Part shown: in pieces, positions 11,009 to 19,055 of the stretch
Position numbering within the stretch: the first letter of the stretch is position 1
Layout of the letters: the number at the start of each line of letters is the position of its first letter
Assembly: GCA_963771075.1 (NCBI GenBank)
Contig: CAVYSE010000026.1
Location: 1 to 64,000, forward strand
Reading direction: 5' to 3'
Origin: a candidate division FCPU426 bacterium
GTDB taxonomy: Bacteria > Oederibacteriota > Muellerivitia > Muellerivitales > Muellerivitaceae
DNA: 64,000 bases
Position numbers and translations under genes: made by a program
The notes under the pieces: model-generated
What the model was told of the DNA's origin: nothing
Databases searched by the model: none
What the model saw: the letters and a program-made list of their open reading frames with translations, nothing else

Positions 11009-11780
11009 AAAAACTCGTTTTATCTCAAGATGAGAAGTTTGCCCACGGCGCGATGCCCGTTGACTGTCACTACCACGTAGTAGACCCCGTTGGCCAGGGG
11101 GTTGCCCGACGGGCCCGTCAATTGGATCGTAATGGGCGTTCCCGGCGCCATCGGGCCATAGGAGTGGTCCTGCACTTTCCGGAAGGCCAAGGTGTATATC
11201 TCCACCCTCACGGTTTGGATTCCCACATAGGGCGGTGGCAGGATTTGAACCGTGGGCCCGGTCGCCGGGTTGGGATAGATCCCCACATGGCCCGACGGCA
11301 CCGTGGCGATGGGAGTGATCGACCAGGTCAGGGTGGGTGTGGCCGAGGCCAAGGGGGTGGCGGTGATGGACGCCGTGAAGGTGGCCGTGGAAGTCAGGGT
11401 CGGGGTCATCGTACCCGTGGGGATCGGTGTTCCGGTCCAGGTGGAAGTGGGGCTGGATGAAGCCGTCATCGAAACAGTGGGCGTGAAGGTAAAGGTAGGA
11501 GTGGAAGTGGAAGTAAATGAGAAGGTTGATGTGAAAGTGGGTGTGGATGTTGCGGTCAGGGTGGCTGTATTGGAGGAGGTGGGCGTCATCGACCCAGTGG
11601 GTGTTGAGGTGTTCGTCCAAGAGGCGGTTGGGCTGAAGGTGGGGGTGGCGGTGGGTGTCCGGGTTGGGGTCGCGCTCTCCGTCACTGTCGGTGTCCAGCT
11701 AAAGGTCGCGGTGCTTGTGGAGGAGGCCGTCAAAGTCACGGTGAGCGTCAAGGATGGCACCGGAGTTTGGCTGGGGGTCA
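11009..11780. repeat. 772 bp direct repeat, copy 2 (3' end of the GH74 gene plus 11 bp downstream)
   Basis: Matches 3834-4605; the copies diverge after ...GTTTGGCTGGGGGTCA. Confidence 0.9.
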
Positions 11781-14700
11781 CCGAGAATACCGGTGTCAAT
11801 GTAATGGTGGTCGAAAGGGTTGAGGTAAGCGTTTCGGTGCTTGTCGCCGATGAAGTGAAAGTATTCGTGGGGGTATAAGTCGCGGTTTGTGTATGGGTCT
11901 GGGTCGATGTGGGTGTATGGGTTGAGGTCCAGGAGGAGGTCGTGCTGGGAGTCATCGACACCGTTGGTGTGGAAGTGGCGGGGACAGTCGGTGTGGACGA
12001 AGGCGAAAGGGTTGGGGACGGGCTGAACTGCAAAGTTGCGGTGGGTGTTCCCGAAAGGGTGGTCGTCAAAGTCGCGGTCGCAGTCGAGCTTGATGTCCAA
12101 GTCGCTGTGATCGATCTTGTCCAGGTGGGGGTCGTCGAGGAGGTCCAGGTACTGGAAGGGGTGGCGGATTCGGTCGCGGTCGATGTCGGAACCGGGCTAT
12201 GGGTCGAACTGGCGGTCGGAGTGAGGGTAATCGTCGCGCTGAACTGCAGGGTAGCCGTGGGGGTCCCGCTTTGAGTGGCGGTTCCGGTGACCGTCTTCGT
12301 CGGAGTGCTCGTGGAAGTGGTCGATGTAGTGCTCGTTGGAGAAGCAGTTGGGGTGGGGGTAAAGGTTCCGCTGGGGGTCAGGGTCGAGGAAGCCGTGGAA
12401 GTACGCGTGAAGGTTGCCGATGGGGTACTGGTAAAGGTGATGGTATTCACGGGGGTGCTCGTGATCGTCAATGTATTCACTGGAGACTGCGTCAGGGTCG
12501 AACTTAGGGTCGGAGTACCGGTAATTGTGGCGGTCCGGGTCGCCGTGGTAGTGGTCGTCGATGTCCAGGAGGCCGTGGGGGTAGACGTTAACGAGGAGGT
12601 AGCCGTGGAGGACGCGGTGAAGGTCCGTGTGAAGGTAGCGGTTGAAGTGCTCGTGGCCGTGTTGGCCACCGTATTCGTGGAGGTGGGGCTATAGGTGGTT
12701 GTGGAGGATCGGGTAGCGGTCCAGGAAGCACTGGGGGTTGCCGTTATTGAAAGGGTCCAGGTCGGAGTGGCGGTTGGGGTGAAGGAAGGTGTGGAGGTTC
12801 GGGTAAAGGACGAGGTGGGTGTCAGGGTGGAGGTCGCGGTGAAGGTCCCCGTCCAAGTCCGGGTGGGTGTCGCTGAAGGGGTATAAGTATTGGTGCTGGC
12901 CAGGGTTGCGGTTAATGTTGTGGTAAGGGTAGGGGTCATTGAACGGGTGGCGGTTGATGTGGAGGTAGAAGATCTGGTTGGGGTTAAGGTTTGCGTCGCG
13001 GTAAGGGTTGCCGTCGGAGAGTTGGTCGGGGTAGAGGTTCGTGTCCGGGTAGAAGTCGAAGTGGGTGTCGGTGTGGAAGTCGACGCGGTGGCGATATCCC
13101 CGTATAAAATACCGCGGCCGTTTGTGCCAAGGTACATTCGTCCGTAAACCGTTTCGTCACCCGCGCAGAAACTTGGTCCCCCAAATTGGTGGTTGGCGTC
13201 GTTAGTCCTGACCCAGGTCGTCCCGATTCCGTCATCACAACGGAAAAACCCATAGGTTCCGCTGACGGTGCCCACCAGGTAAACCGCTGGATGGGTATAA
13301 CCGGAAGCCGCCTTTCCAAAGCCAACCGCCACCGCGCTGGATATGTTGGCGATTTGGGTGGTGGTGACGGTACCCAGCCCCACATTGGTGTAGCGGTAAA
13401 GGCCGGCGCTGGTCGGCACCCAAACTTCCCCGGCGATCCCAAAAACGGCCCTTGGCCGGTTCGCCCAGGATAAACCACCCGTAAATGCGGTTCCCGCAAC
13501 GGCGAAACTGGCCCCGCTATTGGTACTCATATAAAGATTAGTTCCCGAAACGCCATAAAAAATATTATTGTCCGCGCGGTCGGAACCTATTTGGGCGCCG
13601 TTGGGAAGGCCCGTCGAATTGTTCCAGCCTGTGCCGTTATTGTTGGAATAATACGTGCCGTTCGGCATGGCCCATACGATAACGGTACCGTTGGCGTTCA
13701 CCGAGATTTGGCCGTTGCTGCCGGTGCTGGAAAAACCGCCCGGATTCGTCGGGAACGGGGTCCAAGTTTGGCCGTTATTGGTGGAATAGCCCCCCCCTTG
13801 CGTCGCCACCCAAAGGCCGTCTCCCACGCGGACCACGTAATTGGTGTCCAACTCCGCGAAATCGATTCCGGTGGTGGTGTTCCAGCTTGGGCTACAGTAC
13901 ATTCCGAGGGCCGGGGATTGGGTGATATCGTTGTGCCGCATTCCGTCGATATCCCCCATCGCGCTGAACAATACCCCTCCCGCGACGGAAGAGGTAAAGT
14001 CCTGGATGGCGGTTTCTTCGAGGCCGTAGTCGGTGAAGGTCCAGGTGATGGCGGAGGTAGGGGTTCCTTGGACATTGGTCGTGCTATAGACTCCCTGCCC
14101 GGTCGTGTAAATGGCGTTATTGGAATTGAAAGGGTCGATCTCGATGTCCCCCATCCATCCCGCGCCCCCCGGGTTGGGGTGCGTGCACCAGTAGATCCAA
14201 CTGACCCCATTGTCGTTATTACTGGTTTGATTGGTTCCACTGGTATTGCCGACCGTGGCCCAACTCGATCCCCCGTTGATCGTTCCCCAAATTCTATCCG
14301 GGTTCCACCAATCCAGCGTGGTCACCACCACATGTTGGGGATTTTGCGGGTCCACGCAGATGCCGCCATAACCGCCGGCATTGGCGGGCGGACCCGGCAG
14401 GGTCTCTTGCGTCCAGGCCAGGGTGGTCGTGTTCAACTTCCACACCTGTCCGTTGGTGATGTTGTTCGGGCCGTAACCCCCGCTGTCATAATTGATCCAT
14501 AAATTTCCGTCGGTTCCAAGGGAAGCCCGGGGAGGAACCATGTTGGTGGGGCCGCCCGTCACGAGGGTCCAAGTGCTGCCGGAGTTCGTGGAACGGTAGA
14601 GGTTGCTGTTTCCCGAGTTCATGGCCTCCACCCCGACGTAGATGGTGGCCGAGGCTGTGCCCGTAACGCCGTGGGGATCAAAAATAACAAAACTCAGGCC

Positions 14701-15279
14701 GTAGGGGGAATCACCGGTCGCCGTAAAACCGGCTACCTTCGCCCAAGTCGCCGCCGAGTTGGTGCTGACCCACAACCCGCCCATACGCGAGCCAAAATAG
14801 AGTTTGCTGGTGAGATTGGGGTCCACGGCCAGCCGTTCCCCCGCGTTTCGCCCATCGGCATTGCCTCCCATGATGACTCCGATGGCGTTCTGGGTCCAAC
14901 TGTTGCCCTGGTTCGTGGAAGAGAGGACATACCCGTTCCCATTGCCGTAATTTTGGCCGATGGCCGCGTAGACCACTTGCGCATTTTTAGGATCGGGCGC
15001 GATGCTTTCGATGCCGTATAAGTTCCAGTCGCTTTCGAAGTCGGTGAGGGGAACCCAAACATTGTTGATATTGTCCCAACGGTAGGCCCCGCCCATGTCG
15101 GTGCGCATATAAATGAGACCCTGCTGCACATGGCTATAAGCTATTCCAGAGACGTATCCTCCGGCAGGCACGACGACGTTTTTCCAGGTATAGGTTTGGG
15201 CCAGGGAGATGCCCGTGTTGAGGCAAAACACTAATAAAGACGCTGCCGTAAATCGTTTTTTTAAAAAAAGGGCTTTCAT
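11020..15279 (-). CDS. Secreted GH74 xyloglucanase/endoglucanase + ~600 aa Thr/Ser/Pro stalk + C-terminal sorting-like domain
   Basis: [30 protein letters not shown] (catalytic Asp), [28 protein letters not shown] (second Asp), BNR/Asp-box repeats (STNxGxTW), [15 protein letters not shown]. Confidence 0.95.
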   Translation of the reverse strand: MKALFLKKRFTAASLLVFCLNTGISLAQTYTWKNVVVPAGGYVSGIAYSHVQQGLIYMRTDMGGAYRWDNINNVWVPLTDFESDWNLYGIESIAPDPKNAQVVYAAIGQNYGNGNGYVLSSTNQGNSWTQNAIGVIMGGNADGRNAGERLAVDPNLTSKLYFGSRMGGLWVSTNSAATWAKVAGFTATGDSPYGLSFVIFDPHGVTGTASATIYVGVEAMNSGNSNLYRSTNSGSTWTLVTGGPTNMVPPRASLGTDGNLWINYDSGGYGPNNITNGQVWKLNTTTLAWTQETLPGPPANAGGYGGICVDPQNPQHVVVTTLDWWNPDRIWGTINGGSSWATVGNTSGTNQTSNNDNGVSWIYWCTHPNPGGAGWMGDIEIDPFNSNNAIYTTGQGVYSTTNVQGTPTSAITWTFTDYGLEETAIQDFTSSVAGGVLFSAMGDIDGMRHNDITQSPALGMYCSPSWNTTTGIDFAELDTNYVVRVGDGLWVATQGGGYSTNNGQTWTPFPTNPGGFSSTGSNGQISVNANGTVIVWAMPNGTYYSNNNGTGWNNSTGLPNGAQIGSDRADNNIFYGVSGTNLYMSTNSGASFAVAGTAFTGGLSWANRPRAVFGIAGEVWVPTSAGLYRYTNVGLGTVTTTQIANISSAVAVGFGKAASGYTHPAVYLVGTVSGTYGFFRCDDGIGTTWVRTNDANHQFGGPSFCAGDETVYGRMYLGTNGRGILYGDIATASTSTPTPTSTSTRTRTSTPTNSPTATLTATQTLTPTRSSTSTSTATRSMTPTLTTTLTATLASTNTYTPSATPTRTWTGTFTATSTLTPTSSFTRTSTPSFTPTATPTWTLSITATPSASWTATRSSTTTYSPTSTNTVANTATSTSTATFTRTFTASSTATSSLTSTPTASWTSTTTTTATRTATITGTPTLSSTLTQSPVNTLTITSTPVNTITFTSTPSATFTRTSTASSTLTPSGTFTPTPTASPTSTTSTTSTSTPTKTVTGTATQSGTPTATLQFSATITLTPTASSTHSPVPTSTATESATPSSTWTSSTTPTWTRSITATWTSSSTATATLTTTLSGTPTATLQFSPSPTLSPSSTPTVPATSTPTVSMTPSTTSSWTSTHTPTSTQTHTQTATYTPTNTFTSSATSTETLTSTLSTTITLTPVFSVTPSQTPVPSLTLTVTLTASSTSTATFSWTPTVTESATPTRTPTATPTFSPTASWTNTSTPTGSMTPTSSNTATLTATSTPTFTSTFSFTSTSTPTFTFTPTVSMTASSSPTSTWTGTPIPTGTMTPTLTSTATFTASITATPLASATPTLTWSITPIATVPSGHVGIYPNPATGPTVQILPPPYVGIQTVRVEIYTLAFRKVQDHSYGPMAPGTPITIQLTGPSGNPLANGVYYVVVTVNGHRAVGKLLILR

Positions 15280-15340
15280 TCCTCACCAATTTTCGAATGG
15301 GATGACAAGCAAAGAACCCTTTTCAAGGGTTATTCACTTA

Positions 15341-15356
15341 ATTCAGACGTCTGAAT
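15341..15356. promoter_or_regulatory. LacI-type operator (perfect 16 bp palindrome ATTCAGACGTCTGAAT)
   Basis: Perfect palindrome with a central CG, typical of LacI/GalR operators. Lies just downstream of the predicted -10 of the hydrolase operon and next to a LacI gene. Confidence 0.75.
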
Positions 15357-15357
15357 A

Positions 15358-15386
15358 AACTTACCTAATTAATGGGGAACAATCAA
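15358..15386 (-). promoter_or_regulatory. Putative sigma70 promoter of the GH74-GH5-GH30-expansin operon
   Basis: Minus strand reads TTGATT-N17-TAAGTT. Confidence 0.6.
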
Positions 15387-15413
15387 GAAAACTACAAGTT
15401 TGTTTCAGGCAAT

Positions 15414-16529
15414 TCAAACGTGAAATTTAAACGAATAGCTGAGTTTTCTAGTTTTGTTTCTTTTTATTTTTTGGGAGGGCCAATACTTGTTCCCGTCTCC
15501 TACCCAATTCCAATCAATGAATAGGGTCCGGGGTTTTCCACCTTCTTTTGCCTGCTTGTACAACTCGTATGTTTTTCTTCCGAAATGAACCAAATCGGCT
15601 TCCAACAAACAAAGGGAAGGCGTTGGATATTGGGCGACCCGGGATAAAGGGCCATAGGCGACCATGCTCAAGTCCCGGGGAACTTCCAAACCCATCTCCC
15701 TCAGAACTTGAACGGCAAGCGCCGCTTGATCCGCGGAGACGCATATAACCGCCGTGCAGCCACGCCCAAGAAGACGCTTCAATTGATTCCCGATTCGCAC
15801 GGTATCCCAAATATCCCAATGATCCGAGGCTTCCACCCATTCCTTCTCAAAAACTAATCCTCTCTTCATATATATGTCCGCCATCGCCTCGTGGACGACT
15901 TCATCGTGGAGACCTTCCTCGTAAAAGCCAAGAAACCCGATCCTTTGATGGCCCGCGTCCAGCAATCGCTCAGCGGCCCGTTGGGTGGCTTCGAAGGATC
16001 CCGCCATGAGTTGAAAAAATCCCGGTACTTCTTTTTGCGTACTCACGAGAACGACCGGCAAGGTGGAATTGCGCAGGATGGAGAGATGGTCTTCCTGGAT
16101 CGTCCGGAAGCTTAAGACCACCGCCCCATCCACGCGCCCATCCATCAACTCGTGGATTCCGGTCATCCGGAACGATTGGTGAAGGGGATTCGGATCTTCG
16201 GTCGGTTTCAATTCCGGGAGATAAAAAGCCAGGTGTAAACCGTCTTTTTCGGCGGATTCCGCCAGGCCGCCCACCAACGATCCGTAATAGTAGTTAGAAA
16301 AAAGCCAGGAGCCTCCCTGCCAAAAAATACCCAGGTTATGGCTCTCTTGCAGGCGGAGGGAACGGGCGAATAGATGGGGCTGATAATGTAGTTTCTCGGC
16401 GGCCTTCAGAACCTTTTTCAGGGTCTCGGGGGAAACCCTTTTATCGCCCGCCAGCGCCCGGCTGACGGTCCCATCGGTCACGCCGGAGGCCTTGGCAACA
16501 TCCAGAATAGTAATTCTCTTTTTTATCAT
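15414..16529 (-). CDS. LacI family transcriptional regulator
   Basis: ITILDVAKASGVTDGTVSRAL HTH, YQPHLFARSL hinge helix, VDGAVV, LLDAGHQRIGFL, GLEVPRDLSMVAY. Confidence 0.95.
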   Translation of the reverse strand: MIKKRITILDVAKASGVTDGTVSRALAGDKRVSPETLKKVLKAAEKLHYQPHLFARSLRLQESHNLGIFWQGGSWLFSNYYYGSLVGGLAESAEKDGLHLAFYLPELKPTEDPNPLHQSFRMTGIHELMDGRVDGAVVLSFRTIQEDHLSILRNSTLPVVLVSTQKEVPGFFQLMAGSFEATQRAAERLLDAGHQRIGFLGFYEEGLHDEVVHEAMADIYMKRGLVFEKEWVEASDHWDIWDTVRIGNQLKRLLGRGCTAVICVSADQAALAVQVLREMGLEVPRDLSMVAYGPLSRVAQYPTPSLCLLEADLVHFGRKTYELYKQAKEGGKPRTLFIDWNWVGDGNKYWPSQKIKRNKTRKLSYSFKFHV

Positions 16530-16611
16530 TTGATTATGATTTTACCGCAAGAGAGCATTTGAAAAAAACAATTCCAAAGGAAAGAGAGTTCTTTTTTCAA
16601 AACCGGCATTT

Positions 16612-16755
16612 ATCCGTTGGTACGGGTGTCGCCTACGATCACCTGCCCCCATGGGTCGAAAAGTCTGACGGTGGGCGGTCCAAAGGTGTAACACCACCTG
16701 CCTTCCATGAACATAGGGGTCAGCTTGGTCCCTATGTTTACTTTGCACCAGGGAT
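16612..16755 (-). ncRNA. Candidate structured RNA or leader upstream of the LacI gene (family unassigned)
   Basis: GC-rich island in an AT-rich spacer. Ends pair (ATCCCTGGTGC with GTACCAACGGAT on the minus strand). Internal 9 bp stem AACATAGGG/CCCTATGTT (16710-16738). Confidence 0.3.
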
Positions 16756-16998
16756 CTATTACCTTCCCTAAAATTAGGGTAGAAATCGAACGGTTTATGC
16801 CTTTTTATATTGGATCAGTGGTAGTACCCAAACTTAGAATTGGCTCGTTGAAATGAATTTGTTAATAGGGTGAAGGGGTGCTCCCGATCCCTAGTCTGGA
16901 TTTGCAAGAAAGACCATTCACTTGAAGCGATTGAGAATTTGGTGGTACCCAGACGAAGTCTGGGTGCGCCATGGCGTCATGGAAAGGCGTGAAACCCA

Positions 16999-18912
16999 TT
17001 GACCCCCTCCAACAGCGGGTTCCTGCCCGCCCCACCCACTCCCGCGCGGGGCTTTTTCTCCAACGCGTGGGTTTATCCCTTGTTGGCCTGCCTTCTTTTC
17101 CTACTTCTTGCGTCCTTCAAGAAGAACATCGATTACGACATGGGAATCTTCCTGAAGGCGGGTCAATGGATTGTCCAACACCATTCCATTCCCCAAAAAG
17201 ACCCCTTCACCTTCACGGTCAGCGACCATGACTACCTCGATATGGAATGGCTTTACCACGCGGGGTGCTACCTCCTGTTCCAGGTAGCCGGTTATGAGGG
17301 CCTGTCGCTCCTCCATATCCTCCTGATCCTGGCGGCCTGTGGCCTAACCTTCCTGCGGATGAGGGCTGAAAACCCGCCCCTTTGGACCTACGGCTTCCTG
17401 CTTTTTCCAACCCTCATCGCCCTGGAGACGCGGTTCCTGGCCCGACCCGAGGTCCTGACATGGCTCCTGTTGGTTTTGGATCTTTGGATATTGGACCAGC
17501 GGCAGGCCCGTAAAAGGGATTACCTTTTTCTCCTGCCTTTCATCCAGCTCCTATGGGTCAATACCGAGGGCATGTTCATCTTGGGCTGGGTGGTGATGGG
17601 CGCCTATCTGGCGGGAAATGGGCTGGCCGAAAAAAGATTGGACCCCCGACTCCTGAAATTTTTTCTCATCTCCCTGGCGGTCTCCTTCCTGAACCCCTAT
17701 TTCCTCAAGGGGGTGCTGTTTCCCCTCACCCTCTATACGCGGGTGAACGGTACGGGCGTTTTCGCCAAAACCATCGCCGAGTTCCAGTCCCCCTGGCTCG
17801 GGGACCTCAATATCTTCAACATGGGCAAAAAGATATCCAACCTTTTCGTTTACCGTTTTTTAAGCCCATTCCTGCTCCTGGTCATCGCGGCGACTTTCCG
17901 AAAAAGAAGGCTCCACGAACTGTTCCTGGCCGGCGCCTTTTTCTACCTTTCGGCCATGGCGATCCGGAATATTCCGCTCTTCTTCTACGTGGCCCTGCCC
18001 CTCTGCGCGCAGGCGGTCCCGGACCTGGCCCGTTCCTGGACGTTCGCCCGCAAGACGAGCGAATATTTCATGGCCCGCCGGGTTTTCGCCTTTGGCTTGA
18101 CCTTCGTCATCCTCCTTTTTTGCCTCCGGCTCGTCACCGGCGCCGCGAGCTATCCCAACAAAAAGGACATGGGGTTGGGCCTGAACGACCAATTTCTTCC
18201 GATTCGGGCCATCCAATTCATGGTCGACAACCGGATGGACGGGCAGGTCTTGAACAACCTCGGTTTTGGTGGCTGGCTTTCCTGGCTCAGAAGCGACCCG
18301 GTTTTTATCGACGGGAGATTGGAGGCGGTGGGGGAGGATTTTTTCGAGAACATCTACGGGGAAAGCTTCGTCCCCGGCGGGTTGTCCTCTTTGTGCGACC
18401 AATGGAATATCCGTTATATCTTCCTGAACCCGAGCAAGGATACCCTTTGGATGAACCAACTCAGCTCCATGCCCCAATGGCAACTGGTGTACTTCGACGA
18501 GATCGCGGCGATCTATGCCCGGGCCGGGGCCCGGCTTCCGGCGCGACCGACCCGGTGGGAAGACCGGCTCCAGGAGAATGGGGTGGATCCGGCGGGGTCC
18601 GATCGTTTCCTGGGAGACTGCCTGGGTCTGAAGCCCACCGGGGTGCTGGAGGGTTTGAAGGATTGGTTGGCCCCCGATCCTTTTCCCGTCAACGATTTTT
18701 TGCTCGCCCGGTTCGCGTTCGCGAACGGGAAAATGGAGATCGCGCGCGCCTTTTACGTGGAAGCCTTGCGGCGCGCCCCCACGAACAGGGGCGAGTTGTG
18801 CCTGGAGATCGGCAAGACTTTCGCCAGCTCCGGCAACGGGGCCCAGGCGCAGATTTTTTATAAAAAAGCCATGGAATTGGATCCGAGTATCAAGCTGGCC
18901 CCCCAGCATTGA
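16999..18912 (+). CDS. Polytopic membrane protein, putative GT-C-fold glycosyltransferase, with C-terminal TPR
   Basis: About 10 hydrophobic segments. First-loop acidic motif DYD..GQWI..IPQKDPFTFT..EWL, then ARPE, LWVN, LNPY, VFIDGR. TPR-like AQIFYKKAMELDP. TTG start uncertain. Confidence 0.6.
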   Translation: MTPSNSGFLPAPPTPARGFFSNAWVYPLLACLLFLLLASFKKNIDYDMGIFLKAGQWIVQHHSIPQKDPFTFTVSDHDYLDMEWLYHAGCYLLFQVAGYEGLSLLHILLILAACGLTFLRMRAENPPLWTYGFLLFPTLIALETRFLARPEVLTWLLLVLDLWILDQRQARKRDYLFLLPFIQLLWVNTEGMFILGWVVMGAYLAGNGLAEKRLDPRLLKFFLISLAVSFLNPYFLKGVLFPLTLYTRVNGTGVFAKTIAEFQSPWLGDLNIFNMGKKISNLFVYRFLSPFLLLVIAATFRKRRLHELFLAGAFFYLSAMAIRNIPLFFYVALPLCAQAVPDLARSWTFARKTSEYFMARRVFAFGLTFVILLFCLRLVTGAASYPNKKDMGLGLNDQFLPIRAIQFMVDNRMDGQVLNNLGFGGWLSWLRSDPVFIDGRLEAVGEDFFENIYGESFVPGGLSSLCDQWNIRYIFLNPSKDTLWMNQLSSMPQWQLVYFDEIAAIYARAGARLPARPTRWEDRLQENGVDPAGSDRFLGDCLGLKPTGVLEGLKDWLAPDPFPVNDFLLARFAFANGKMEIARAFYVEALRRAPTNRGELCLEIGKTFASSGNGAQAQIFYKKAMELDPSIKLAPQH

Positions 18913-19055
18913 TAGGTCTTTACCGTCTCGCGAGTTAAACCCAGACGGGGGTCATGATTTTCCATTTCTTTTCAGGTGTCTTTAAGGCTCTAATAGGCCT
19001 TCGCGATGGAAGTTTCTTGGGAATGAATTTCAATTTTCGGGGTCAAGGATGCCGA

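Noticed and set aside
657..13147. Many plus-strand Val/Gly-rich ORFs (VGVxVxV), and similar minus-strand ones at 57742-59097
   Set aside because: Antisense shadows of Thr (ACN) codons in the stalks; no independent coding signal.
3845..15279. Cellulosome (cohesin/dockerin) or sortase anchoring
   Set aside because: No duplicated Ca-binding dockerin motif, cohesin or LPxTG-TM-basic tail is visible.
16640..16750. Cobalamin riboswitch or 6S RNA assignment for the structured block
   Set aside because: Only fragmentary resemblance (GGTG..AGGGA, CCGCCCACCGT); the conserved core could not be completed by eye.
17553..18909. Long alternative-frame and antisense ORFs (436 aa, 349 aa)
   Set aside because: They overlap a better-supported membrane protein gene and have Arg/Pro/Gly-rich off-frame composition typical of high-GC DNA.
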